A stretch of DNA of 64,000 nt from a phage, in sequence record PZ445442.1. One strand, given 5' to 3'. This document shows positions 47,436-55,743 of this stretch, piece after piece. Numbering within the stretch: position 1 is the first letter of the stretch; every line of letters begins with the position of its first letter. The position numbers and the translations under genes were made by a program. A model generated the notes under the pieces. That model was given only the letters and a program-made list of their open reading frames with translations. It ran no database searches and was not told the origin of the DNA.

Positions 47436-47861
47436 ATGATCTATGAAATGCCAAAACTGATTCGCGACGATGCCCAAAACGCTCACACCATTATTATGGG
47501 CAAACGCATGGATATTATTTGTCATAGAGATTTCTGGGAAGGAAGTTACTTCACAGAGTATTTTGGTAAACTGGACAATGGTCTGCTGATCCAGTTCTAC
47601 ACCGATGCGGAAAACAACATTCCCTGGGAGTTCGAAACTGAAGATGTCCATAAACTTTTCACCTTCCTCGGTATTAAGGTTAAGGCCAAGTTTGAAGAAG
47701 GTGAGTGCGACGATTGTGGATTTTATGAGGTAACAGATTTCTACCTTCCTAGCGGTAAGAACCTTTACTATGAAAGCCACTTCGGTAACTCCAATATGCC
47801 ACAGTGCTGGACTGAGTTTTTTGAAATTGCGGAAGAGGAGCTGGCTTACCGTGATTATTGA
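47436..47861 (+). CDS. hypothetical protein
   Basis: 141-aa ORF directly upstream of and overlapping the macro-domain gene. Confidence 0.45.
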   Translation: MIYEMPKLIRDDAQNAHTIIMGKRMDIICHRDFWEGSYFTEYFGKLDNGLLIQFYTDAENNIPWEFETEDVHKLFTFLGIKVKAKFEEGECDDCGFYEVTDFYLPSGKNLYYESHFGNSNMPQCWTEFFEIAEEELAYRDY

Positions 47862-48309
47862 TACTGTAGAGGGAGATTTAATCTCCCTTTTTAAGGGCGG
47901 TGCTGGTCACCTGATCCACGGTTGTAACTGCTTCCACACAATGGGCAAGGGTATAGCAAAACAGATTGCCCGTGAGTTTCCTCAAGCACTGTCAGCCGAC
48001 AAAGAGACTAGATACGGTTGCCTAAGTAAACTGGGTGCGTTCTCCCGATGGGAGCACTTATCTCCGATAGGTATTGTCTACGGAATCAATCTATATACCC
48101 AGTTCTACCCAGGACCTAATGCTGAGTATTTCTCAATCCTGAAAGGCTTTGAGCTAGTCAATGAAGTATTCAGCGGATCGACTTTACCATTCTACATCCC
48201 TAAGATCGGGTGCGGCATAGGCGGTTTGAAGTGGGAACACGTAGAGGACGTTATTAACCTTGCCACTTTCGACATAGATATTGTCGTGGTGGAGTACAAA
48301 AAGTGTTGA
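47851..48309 (+). CDS. macro-domain protein (ADP-ribose binding/hydrolase-like)
   Basis: GGAGHLIHGCNCFHTMGKGIAKQI and later IPKIGCGIGGL resemble the two glycine-rich macro-domain motifs; probable GTG start 47851 after RBS GAGGAG. Confidence 0.5.
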   Translation: MIIDTVEGDLISLFKGGAGHLIHGCNCFHTMGKGIAKQIAREFPQALSADKETRYGCLSKLGAFSRWEHLSPIGIVYGINLYTQFYPGPNAEYFSILKGFELVNEVFSGSTLPFYIPKIGCGIGGLKWEHVEDVINLATFDIDIVVVEYKKC

Positions 48310-48560
48310 CGACCATCTTCTGAGGTGATATAGTTTCCACGACAACTAAGAGAGGAGAGCACTGTGGAGACTAAAATCTTAATTCTTGCTGTGGTAGATA
48401 CAACCGAAGGAGCTATATTCGAATCTGCAGGAGGGTATTTCTACCTACCATACGGAAAAAGAACTTCCGAGCCAAGTAAAGATTCAATCCTCAAAGTGTT
48501 CCCGTGTGCTTTCTGGCTGGAGATTTTGGTATAAGATTGCAGAGGATTTGGGAGAGAATT

Positions 48561-48755
48561 ATGAGAAACAAGAAAGAACTTTACTCCGGTGAGTGGATCA
48601 ACGATCAACAGGTGGGAGAGGTAACCTGCTTCCGATGTTTTACCAGGTACAATCTTAAAACTGCACCAAAAAGTGTTCCAAAGACTGACGGTTACTACAT
48701 AAAAGAACCTCATTGCCCAAAATGTAAATGCCGATTGTACTGGAGCAATCTGTAA
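48561..48755 (+). CDS. zinc-ribbon protein
   Basis: 64 aa from ATG 48561 (RBS GGGAGAG); CFRC...CPKCKC. Confidence 0.4.
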   Translation: MRNKKELYSGEWINDQQVGEVTCFRCFTRYNLKTAPKSVPKTDGYYIKEPHCPKCKCRLYWSNL

Positions 48756-48818
48756 GAGGTTGACATCTGAAAACTGCAGTGTATAATATACGCATAAACT
48801 AACAGAGGGTGATGTATT

Positions 48819-49010
48819 ATGGTAATTTTTAACCGGGATGGTATCATAGTTAGACAGCACCCGTTCCTTGAATACTATCAAATTGAGCAATGGTGCTACG
48901 GGGATTGCAGTCACTCCTATGGGCAAAGTTGGGGATATCGTACAGTTTTTGAATCCACAGACCTTGACAAAGTAAAACAGAAAGTTTTAGAACTTCTTAA
49001 CAACAAGTGA
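48819..49010 (+). CDS. hypothetical protein
   Basis: 63-aa ORF. Confidence 0.35.
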   Translation: MVIFNRDGIIVRQHPFLEYYQIEQWCYGDCSHSYGQSWGYRTVFESTDLDKVKQKVLELLNNK

Positions 49011-49020
49011 GTATCGTGCC

Positions 49021-49353
49021 ATGGTAACATTGGAAAGACGTAAAGCTATTGCCGCCACACTGGCAGACATCTTTTGGGATTGTAATTTAAAATCTACCCG
49101 AAATTGTGGTGCATCTGTAGATGTATTATTCCCACGGCCTACTATTGTTGCAATGGGCAACCTGCTCGATGTGGTATATGGAGCATGGGACAAGGAAGGT
49201 GGATTCTATATCTGGCAACCTGACTACGGGACTTGGAAAGAGGTTAGTGGTTCTTCGGACTTCACTCCTGCAGTGGCTAAAATGGATGGCTGGAAAATCT
49301 ATGTCGGTAACGACATGGAACTGAAAGGCGAAATTGTTTACTGGTTACCTTAA
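49021..49353 (+). CDS. hypothetical protein
   Basis: 110-aa ORF. Confidence 0.4.
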   Translation: MVTLERRKAIAATLADIFWDCNLKSTRNCGASVDVLFPRPTIVAMGNLLDVVYGAWDKEGGFYIWQPDYGTWKEVSGSSDFTPAVAKMDGWKIYVGNDMELKGEIVYWLP

Positions 49354-49374
49354 GAAAGTCCAGGAGATAAAGTT

Positions 49375-49620
49375 ATGAACAAAGGGTGGACATTTGTAGA
49401 CGGCGTTAAAAACATGCCTCTAGGAAAGTATATTGTAGCCATGGCAGATGAGAATGGCAAGGTTGATTTCGGAGTTTGCGAGGTTGTTCTTGCAGGATCT
49501 GGTGACTATGCTCACAAAACTGGGATAATTAACGGTCATTTCTACTTTGATTACAACCCTGTTGTGGCGTATATGGCTATGCCAGAGTTCGAGCTCCCAA
49601 AGGAAGGTGCAGATGTTTAA
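49375..49620 (+). CDS. hypothetical protein
   Basis: 81-aa ORF, RBS AGGAGA. Confidence 0.45.
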   Translation: MNKGWTFVDGVKNMPLGKYIVAMADENGKVDFGVCEVVLAGSGDYAHKTGIINGHFYFDYNPVVAYMAMPEFELPKEGADV

Positions 49621-49810
49621 GCTTAAATCTGCATGGAACATCGCTGTGGGGGACGAGATCCGTATCCCAGGTGGAAAGACCATTATGAAAATATCTCGTA
49701 TCGAGTACGAAGGTGATCGTGTATTTCATATCTTTGCAGAAGATGGTCGAGAAATTTATATACAGGCAGGCTCTCACATCTATATTCGTAAGAAAGGGGA
49801 GGACAAATGA
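49613..49810 (+). CDS. hypothetical protein
   Basis: 65 aa from ATG 49613 (RBS AAGGAAGG), start overlaps upstream stop. Confidence 0.4.
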   Translation: MFKLKSAWNIAVGDEIRIPGGKTIMKISRIEYEGDRVFHIFAEDGREIYIQAGSHIYIRKKGEDK

Positions 49811-50136
49811 CAGAGATCATCATTTCAACTGCAGGGTATGTATTCCTGACAATCATTGCGCTGACTATTCTGGTGGCGGTGTATGGATTTGTTATCCTTC
49901 CTATTCTTGAGACATTTAGTTTGTGTCGGTGTTGGAGAAAAGCTTACGGTCCACAACCATGGAAGGACTGGCCCCACCTGGTGCGCTTAGCGTTCTCTTA
50001 TGCTTACGATCACTCCAGTAGTGCATGCATAACCGGATACCACGCCCACAACTGGAGCTGGGAAGGGTTGAGGAAATGGAATGTTACAAAGACCATACCT
50101 CTGCGCATGTACAAACCTAAAAACAAAGACAACTGA
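49807..50136 (+). CDS. hypothetical membrane protein
   Basis: 109 aa with N-terminal hydrophobic segments; ATGA overlap with upstream gene. Confidence 0.45.
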   Translation: MTEIIISTAGYVFLTIIALTILVAVYGFVILPILETFSLCRCWRKAYGPQPWKDWPHLVRLAFSYAYDHSSSACITGYHAHNWSWEGLRKWNVTKTIPLRMYKPKNKDN

Positions 50137-50439
50137 TACTTGAAAATTCCTGGCATATCAAGTATAAGGGGGATTTCTAAAATGGATTTCCTCCTTTTGA
50201 TATTTCACCGGGCTGGATATTTTAAAATTCTTAGAAAATCAGAAAATGGATCGAAAACTAAAATGGATTTTTCAGAGTAGGCGCGACAAGCTGAATAGCT
50301 CATCCTATCGTTTGCACCATATTCCAGACCACCATTATAGATTTCCCACACATGCTAACCTCCCTCTACTAGAACTTCCTCCACTTACCCTTGACCTTCT
50401 ATGGTAACAATCTAACCACTATCTTGAAGTTGCGGTGCA

Positions 50440-50640
50440 GCTTTCCAGGTACTCGATCTACTTTTCATTTCAGGGCTTGGATTTTCTGAAAATTTTTCTC
50501 GATAAATTTCTCAGTACTCGATCTGTTTTTCGTTTTCTGAATCGGATTTTCTGGAAATCGTTCCGGATCTCGACCTGAAATTTTTGGGGACGAAATCTAT
50601 TTTTCGTTTTCAGAAATGGATTTTTAAAATTTCTATATGG
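50440..50640. repeat. iteron-like imperfect tandem direct repeats in non-coding region
   Basis: Three units of roughly 55-65 bp each containing GTACTCGATCT / TTTTCGTTTTC / GGATTTTCTG; AAAATGGAT recurs at about 50180, 50243, 50260, 50613. Confidence 0.5.
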
Positions 50641-50770
50641 GAATATTTTATGGGGCACTGTTTTATAGGAAATTGTTACGGAGGGTAATTAGCATGCTAA
50701 TTAAATTTATTAAATGCGAGGGATTCTTATTTAGAATTTTGAATGATAATTATTCTCGTTTGCAGAATAA

Positions 50771-50812
50771 CGGGCAGGCCCGGTGATTGTCTCCCGGCCC
50801 CTGCTGCCCCGG
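50771..50812. repeat. GC-rich palindromic element (copy 1)
   Basis: GGCAGGCCCGGTGATTGTCTCC core; inverted copy at 60344-60389. Confidence 0.45.
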
Positions 50813-50908
50813 CTTGTTATTATAGTATCACACAGGACAAAGAAGGCAAGGATTTTTTGCATAAATTTTTAAATGATAATGATAACCGTTCTCATTTTAT
50901 GAAGCGCC

Positions 50909-50950
50909 CATCCCCGGTGGTTGTCTCCCCCGTCACCGGTGCCTGCCGTC
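50909..50950. repeat. GC-rich palindromic element (copy 2, divergent)
   Basis: CCCCGGTGGTTGTCTCCCCCGTCACCGGTGCCTGCC, related to copy 1. Confidence 0.4.
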
Positions 50951-51101
50951 CTTTCGATAGGTATATTATGCCGCCTGGCGGGGCCGCTGTCAACACTTTT
51001 CAAAAAATTTTTCTAACCTGATGCGCTAACCGTTGCAACCTGGCGGGGCCAGCCTGGCAGGTCCGCACTATAAAGTAAACAGCTACAGAAGAGGTACAAA
51101 A

Positions 51102-51227
51102 ATGAAAGGTAATGCTACTCGCCTGGGAAATGTAGTGATTAATGATACGGAAGCTATCGCCCTGGTTGAAAAGGTTATGGCGGGAGCGTTGGAACATAAA
51201 GAAGAGTACGAAAAAAATGGTGGTTAA
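51102..51227 (+). CDS. small early protein
   Basis: 41 aa from ATG 51102 with RBS AGAGG; the track ORF upstream overlaps repeats. Confidence 0.35.
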   Translation: MKGNATRLGNVVINDTEAIALVEKVMAGALEHKEEYEKNGG

Positions 51228-51280
51228 CCTGGCGGGGGGCGGCAGGTGGATTCTATCATAAAAATAATTTAAAATAGTCG

Positions 51281-51308
51281 TTGACAACAAGGTTAATCAT
51301 GGTATTAT
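51281..51308 (+). promoter_or_regulatory. sigma70-like promoter
   Basis: TTGACA-16nt-TATTAT upstream of 51359 gene. Confidence 0.5.
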
Positions 51309-51358
51309 TACCCTACAAGGTGAACAACACCGCACTAACCAGTAAAGAGGATAAATTT

Positions 51359-51556
51359 ATGAACGCATACGGGATCAAAGTACGTCGCAACACTCGCCAG
51401 GTGGTCACCAATCAAGTGATTTGCCGGGTGGATGTAACCATCAACAACGGGCAAGGCCTTTATAAATTTCGTCGCGGCCATAGCTATACCCTGCAACAGC
51501 TTAATCGTTGCGCCCTGACAAAAGGTCAGATCAACCACTGGTTTAATAAAAAATAA
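51359..51556 (+). CDS. small early protein
   Basis: 65 aa from ATG 51359 (RBS AAAGAGGA); the track ORF start coincides with the promoter -35. Confidence 0.45.
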   Translation: MNAYGIKVRRNTRQVVTNQVICRVDVTINNGQGLYKFRRGHSYTLQQLNRCALTKGQINHWFNKK

Positions 51557-51559
51557 GTA

Positions 51560-51588
51560 TTGACATACAGTCCGACACCAAATACACT
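51560..51588 (+). promoter_or_regulatory. sigma70-like promoter
   Basis: TTGACA-17nt-TACACT upstream of 51621 gene. Confidence 0.5.
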
Positions 51589-51620
51589 AAAAGCACAAAA
51601 GACACTAAGAGGATAAAATC

Positions 51621-52019
51621 ATGAAAACCACTACCTTTAATTTTGATAATGCAGACTTTTCTTTTTCTGATGTCAAGAACTGCCGCCGTGATCGTGGATT
51701 TTACAAGGCTTATAATCTGGTGGGCCTGGACGATGACAATAATTTGCACGAAGTAGCTGAGATCCGGTATTATGCCGCCGCCAGCGGGAACACTCACTAC
51801 TGCGTGTTTTGGATTCACGACAACAAGAACAATAAGTACGGTTATACTGGCGGCAAGGCGAGCGGTCACGGTTACGATAAAGCTAACGCAGCACTTGAGA
51901 GCGCATTAAATGCTATGGGGATCACTGCCGACGGCTGGATCTACGAAGAAGAGTTTTTGTCGGCACTTGCTGACCACCTGGGCTATAAAAAACACATTGT
52001 AACATGCGCCCACGAATAA
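51621..52019 (+). CDS. hypothetical early protein
   Basis: 132-aa ORF, RBS AAGAGGA. Confidence 0.5.
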   Translation: MKTTTFNFDNADFSFSDVKNCRRDRGFYKAYNLVGLDDDNNLHEVAEIRYYAAASGNTHYCVFWIHDNKNNKYGYTGGKASGHGYDKANAALESALNAMGITADGWIYEEEFLSALADHLGYKKHIVTCAHE

Positions 52020-52025
52020 AAATCA

Positions 52026-52053
52026 TTGACACGCTGCAAAATTTAAGTAAACT
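52026..52053 (+). promoter_or_regulatory. sigma70-like promoter
   Basis: TTGACA-16nt-TAAACT; followed by stem-loop 52064-52082. Confidence 0.45.
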
Positions 52054-52063
52054 AGACACAAAA

Positions 52064-52082
52064 GGCGGGAATGTTTCCCGCC
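52064..52082 (+). other. 5'-UTR GC stem-loop (GGCGGGAA-TGT-TTCCCGCC)
   Basis: Perfect 8-bp stem, 3-nt loop, no downstream T-tract; between promoter and RBS of 52102 gene. Confidence 0.5.
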
Positions 52083-52101
52083 AGCACAAAGGAAAAAGAT
52101 C

Positions 52102-52497
52102 ATGAATAAGAACGTACGCCGCATCATGAACGAACTGGCAAACGATGAAAAAATTATTGATATGCATTTGGTCAACATTTGCCGCCGTTGTGTAACATAT
52201 AACAACCGCGCCGCAAAAGCGCGTGAGATGAACGCAAAAGGCACCTTAAAGCCCTTTCAGGTGGTTGTAAAATCTATAACTAGCGCAGCAGGCCAGGCGC
52301 AGGACCACAACAACGAGAGCGCTAATATTGATCCGTCTTACGTAATGAAACGGATCCGGACTTGCAAGAATAAAGAGCAGGTATATAACGTCATAGATTG
52401 GCTGGACTCCCTGGGCGATGTGGTTTACAATAGGTTTTCTGCAGCTATCGAGATCCAGCTTGACAGATTGGACGGGAAAGTACTAAAAACTTATTGA
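52102..52497 (+). CDS. hypothetical early protein
   Basis: 131-aa ORF, RBS AAAGGAAAAAG. Confidence 0.5.
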   Translation: MNKNVRRIMNELANDEKIIDMHLVNICRRCVTYNNRAAKAREMNAKGTLKPFQVVVKSITSAAGQAQDHNNESANIDPSYVMKRIRTCKNKEQVYNVIDWLDSLGDVVYNRFSAAIEIQLDRLDGKVLKTY

Positions 52498-52499
52498 GT

Positions 52500-52545
52500 T
52501 TATTTTTAGATGGCCTTGACACCAGGGCCATCAATAAAGTAAACT
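52500..52545 (+). promoter_or_regulatory. repeated palindrome-containing promoter cassette, copy 1
   Basis: TTATTTTTAGATGGCCTTGACACCAGGGCCATCAATAAAGTAAACT; TTGACA flanked by inverted repeat GATGGCC/GGCCATC; near-identical copies at 53120 and 56853. Confidence 0.5.
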
Positions 52546-52576
52546 AACCACAGTTGAGCGGAAAGGGGGCTTAAAG

Positions 52577-52696
52577 ATGAGCACTACACGCCAGCACACA
52601 AAGGTAACCATCATCGTTTGCATCATTGGGTACATCCTGGCGCAAATGTTGATGGGTAGCGCCAACGGTGTCGCAAAATTTTTCTTAAACTTTTAA
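52577..52696 (+). CDS. small hydrophobic peptide (39 aa)
   Basis: MSTTRQHTKVTIIVCIIGYILAQMLMGSANGVAKFFLNF; RBS AAAGGGGG; below the 60-aa track cutoff. Confidence 0.4.
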   Translation: MSTTRQHTKVTIIVCIIGYILAQMLMGSANGVAKFFLNF

Positions 52697-52724
52697 TTGA
52701 CAAGCTAACTTAAATCGATATAAT
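52697..52724 (+). promoter_or_regulatory. sigma70-like promoter
   Basis: TTGACA-16nt-TATAAT; followed by stem-loop GGGAA-AAC-TTCCC (52737-52749). Confidence 0.55.
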
Positions 52725-52775
52725 AAGCACATAAACGGGAAAACTTCCCAGAACACACAAAAGGAGAAAAACACC

Positions 52776-53117
52776 ATGACTACTATGACCGCCTCAGAAA
52801 AAGCTATGCAGATCGCTGAACTGAAAAAACAGATCGCAGACCTTGAGAATAAGATCGATAACTTTGAAATCGACGAGGACAAGTACGACGAAAACTATGA
52901 TGAATGGTTAGACGAGATCTACGGCGAAATTATGATCGGAAACATTTCTTTTCTTCCGTCGCGTATCCTCAAGGAGCTAGATCCTATCGCTTACCGCTGC
53001 GGATTTAGCGACTACATCGACAGCCTGGATATTGAGGACGATGAAGAATACCAGGAATTACAGACAGAGTTAGAAGAAGCAAAAGAAGAGCTTGCGGAGC
53101 TGGAAGAAAACGAGTAA
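52776..53117 (+). CDS. highly acidic early protein
   Basis: 113 aa, very Asp/Glu-rich with coiled-coil-like N-terminus; RBS AAAGGAGAAA. Confidence 0.5.
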   Translation: MTTMTASEKAMQIAELKKQIADLENKIDNFEIDEDKYDENYDEWLDEIYGEIMIGNISFLPSRILKELDPIAYRCGFSDYIDSLDIEDDEEYQELQTELEEAKEELAELEENE

Positions 53118-53119
53118 GC

Positions 53120-53165
53120 TTATTTTTAGATGGCCTTGACACCAGGGCCATCAATAAAGTAAACT
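53120..53165 (+). promoter_or_regulatory. repeated palindrome-containing promoter cassette, copy 2
   Basis: Identical 46-bp element to 52500-52545. Confidence 0.5.
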
Positions 53166-53206
53166 TTATACTGTTAACACTGAACTAATGCATAGGAGTT
53201 AAAACC

Positions 53207-53452
53207 ATGGCAGCACTAATCACCAAATATTATGCCCCTACCAACACCAAAAGCGCCCGTATCATGGTAAAAGGCTTCGGACGTAAAAAGGTGTACACCT
53301 GGGATTATGCCTTAGACACGGAAGACAACTACACCAACGCAATGACCGATTTTATTAATGAACTAAATAAGCAGATCTTGACAAGTTATAAAGTGACCGA
53401 TATTGCTTATATAGGTGAAGGCGGGATCTGTTTTGTAGGCATTGTGAAATAG
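53207..53452 (+). CDS. hypothetical early protein
   Basis: 81-aa ORF, RBS AGGAG. Confidence 0.45.
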   Translation: MAALITKYYAPTNTKSARIMVKGFGRKKVYTWDYALDTEDNYTNAMTDFINELNKQILTSYKVTDIAYIGEGGICFVGIVK

Positions 53453-53500
53453 TTATTTTTTCGGTGGTCCTGGTTGCAGGGCCATCTATAAAGATAATTT
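53453..53500 (+). promoter_or_regulatory. degenerate copy of the repeated promoter cassette
   Basis: TTATTTTTTCGGTGGTCCTGGTTGCAGGGCCATCTATAAAGATAAT: same layout with substitutions. Confidence 0.4.
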
Positions 53501-53526
53501 ATTAACACCATGAAAGGAGAAAGTAC

Positions 53527-54066
53527 ATGATCAGCGGGGCAAGTTTTATTATTGGCGCTATTGCTACGGCTTTAATTGTAAATAAGATCCAGGATAAAAA
53601 GGAAAGAGGAAGTACCGCCCTTGCAGAATATCCATTTTGGGCATTCAACGATAACGAAGATTATATTATAAAGTATAAAAATAAAGAAGGTGACCAAGTA
53701 ACACCGCGACCGATCCCGGCTTACAAAATGCAGGAAACACTATACCGCCTGGAGGCGGGAGGCGCAAAAATTGTAGACTTTTGGGGATACGACCACACAG
53801 ATCAGGAAGTTATAAAGCGCCGTATCCGGGCTATTCAGGCCAATATTGAAGTTAGCAAGGGGGAATATATGAAAATTAATTTCGAGAAAATTGTAAAGCG
53901 CCCTCATGATTCCGAAGAGCTGCCAGAACGCCGCCAGCGTAACAATAAACTGAATAAGCCAAAAAGGTTTGGGAAGATCTGGCGTAATCATTATGATCGT
54001 AAATTGCCCGGCCTACTTTTGGAACGTGAACGACAGGCAGAACGATACCGCCATAAAGACAAATAA
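53527..54066 (+). CDS. hypothetical membrane-anchored early protein
   Basis: 179 aa; N-terminal hydrophobic helix then basic C-terminus; RBS AAAGGAGAAAG. Confidence 0.5.
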   Translation: MISGASFIIGAIATALIVNKIQDKKERGSTALAEYPFWAFNDNEDYIIKYKNKEGDQVTPRPIPAYKMQETLYRLEAGGAKIVDFWGYDHTDQEVIKRRIRAIQANIEVSKGEYMKINFEKIVKRPHDSEELPERRQRNNKLNKPKRFGKIWRNHYDRKLPGLLLERERQAERYRHKDK

Positions 54067-54074
54067 CAACCAAC

Positions 54075-54100
54075 GCCCCGCCATTGTGCGGGGCTTTTTA
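54075..54100 (+). terminator. Rho-independent terminator
   Basis: GCCCCGC-CATTGT-GCGGGGC followed by TTTTTATTT. Confidence 0.65.
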
Positions 54101-54307
54101 TTTCTATCCTACGAATAGCGCCCCTGGTTGGCCCCACAAACGCCACAAAAGCCCCTACCTATGCAATCCCCTTTCTTGACCTGAAAACAACGTCTAGGGC
54201 CGTTTTATGGCGTTAAAAATATTATTGACAGTGATTTTATTCAAAGCTTGACACCTTGGAATAGTCCGGATATACTAACCACATCAAAGCAAGAAGGAGT
54301 AAACGCC

Positions 54308-54568
54308 ATGCGTAAATTAAAAAATTTTGATAAAGTAGATGTTGTCCTGAATAATTTTTACTACTGCAATAATAAAGCCGTTTGGTGGCGTGATAGCTCC
54401 ACCGATAAAGTTAAAGCGCGCTTTCTCCAGGGGCACTGGCAAGGCCGCCCAGTGATTAAAATCTTAGGGCAATTGGTAGCGTTTAAAAATTGCCACCGTG
54501 TTGACGACGTTGAAGATATTTTGAACATTTTACGCCACAATAATTTAAAAAATAGTGTTGACAAGTAA
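54308..54568 (+). CDS. hypothetical early protein
   Basis: 86 aa from ATG 54308 (RBS AAGGAG); promoter TTGACA-17-TATACT upstream at about 54208-54236. Confidence 0.45.
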   Translation: MRKLKNFDKVDVVLNNFYYCNNKAVWWRDSSTDKVKARFLQGHWQGRPVIKILGQLVAFKNCHRVDDVEDILNILRHNNLKNSVDK

Positions 54569-54585
54569 GCCTCAATAAGTATACT
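54558..54585 (+). promoter_or_regulatory. sigma70-like promoter
   Basis: TTGACA-16nt-TATACT; followed by stem-loop GGCGGGAA-AAC-TTCCCGCC (54596-54614). Confidence 0.55.
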
Positions 54586-54642
54586 TAAACACACAGGCGG
54601 GAAAACTTCCCGCCACTAACAAAGAAAATAGGAGAAAATATC

Positions 54643-55266
54643 ATGACCACCGTTAACATTACTACAGGTTACAATTTATCTTTCGACGTGCTGACCGACG
54701 AACAAAAAGAAAAAGCCGTTGAAATGGTCCGCGAAAGAGAAGAACACAGCGGGGATAATTTTTTTGCAGAAAGTGTAATTGAATACTATAAAGAATATGT
54801 TTTTCCAGAGTATGGCCTTGAAGATACCGAAGTACATTGGTCAGGCTTTTGGTGCCAGGGTGACGGCGCGTCAATCAGTGCGGAAAACGTGGATTTAGAA
54901 AAATTCTTGCGTAAAGTAAAGGCCCTGACCAAGTTCCGATCAATTCGTCACTTGTTCGGCACAATGCACGATGGCGAGCTATCCGCAAGTGTTGAGCGTG
55001 ATCCATATAGCCGCTATAGTCACGAAAACACTGTAAGCGGGTACATCGATACTACATGGCTAGACCTGACCGCCAAACAAGAAAATAAAGTGGAAGATCT
55101 GGAAGAGCTGATCACCGAGACGGTACGGGAGCTATCCCGCAAGGTTTACGTAGACCTGGAGGAGGCCTATCTTGAGCAATTTACCGCCGAAAACTTGATC
55201 GGCCTTATCGAGGCAAATGATTGGCGGTTTGATGTGGATGAGCATGGCGAGATGAGTTTTTCATAA
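54643..55266 (+). CDS. hypothetical acidic early protein
   Basis: 207-aa ORF, RBS AGGAGAAAA. Confidence 0.5.
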   Translation: MTTVNITTGYNLSFDVLTDEQKEKAVEMVREREEHSGDNFFAESVIEYYKEYVFPEYGLEDTEVHWSGFWCQGDGASISAENVDLEKFLRKVKALTKFRSIRHLFGTMHDGELSASVERDPYSRYSHENTVSGYIDTTWLDLTAKQENKVEDLEELITETVRELSRKVYVDLEEAYLEQFTAENLIGLIEANDWRFDVDEHGEMSFS

Positions 55267-55311
55267 ATAAAGTGTTGCAATAATCTAAAAACCTGCTATA
55301 TTAAAACTCAA

Positions 55312-55330
55312 GGGGCAAGACGTTTGCCCC
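55312..55330 (+). other. 5'-UTR GC stem-loop
   Basis: GGGGCAA-GACG-TTGCCCC between a TTGCAA/TATATT promoter-like element and the RBS of 55356. Confidence 0.45.
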
Positions 55331-55355
55331 CACACAAAACAAAGAGGAAAACATC

Positions 55356-55736
55356 ATGAAAAACACTACTAAAGCTATTGACACCGTCATGTTTAACCTG
55401 GTTACATTCCGTGAAGATATGAAAGATCTTCCTCGTGAAACAGTGTGCGACCATATCGAAAACTATCGCAAACTAATCAAAGAGTTGCCTTTAAAACGTG
55501 ATCAATATGCGGCTAACGCCATGCTTAATGCCATGATCAAAAAGATGATCCAGTGTGATTTAACCCTGGCCTATGATTATGCAGGCGGTCGTTTTGCAGT
55601 ATACAATCAGCCCGTGCCCGGTATGAGCACCACCGAAGAATTGCACGCGCTCAATCTAAAACAAGACGTGTGGGATAGTATGCCTCGCGTGGTGGTATGG
55701 GTAGAAAGCGGAAAGATTTACGGCGATAATTTTTAA
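55356..55736 (+). CDS. hypothetical early protein
   Basis: 126-aa ORF, RBS AAGAGGAAAA. Confidence 0.5.
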   Translation: MKNTTKAIDTVMFNLVTFREDMKDLPRETVCDHIENYRKLIKELPLKRDQYAANAMLNAMIKKMIQCDLTLAYDYAGGRFAVYNQPVPGMSTTEELHALNLKQDVWDSMPRVVVWVESGKIYGDNF

Positions 55737-55743
55737 TCAGGTA

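Noticed and set aside
50440-50640. Possible CRISPR array
   Set aside because: Repeat units are imperfect and of unequal length, there are no unique uniform spacers between identical repeats, and no cas genes are present.
50470-50658. Minus-strand 62-aa ORF in the iteron region
   Set aside because: Highly basic, low-complexity translation that follows the tandem DNA repeats; no RBS; better explained as non-coding repeat DNA.
50743-51021. Plus-strand 92-aa ORF overlapping the GC-rich palindromic elements
   Set aside because: Pro/Ala/Gly-rich translation of palindromic GC repeats with no RBS; the real gene appears to start at 51102.
50137-51100. tRNA genes in non-coding gaps
   Set aside because: I scanned intergenic regions (50.1-51.1 kb and 62-64 kb) for T-loop-like GTTCGA/GTTCAA motifs with a matching acceptor stem and found none; a dedicated tRNA search would be needed to exclude them fully.
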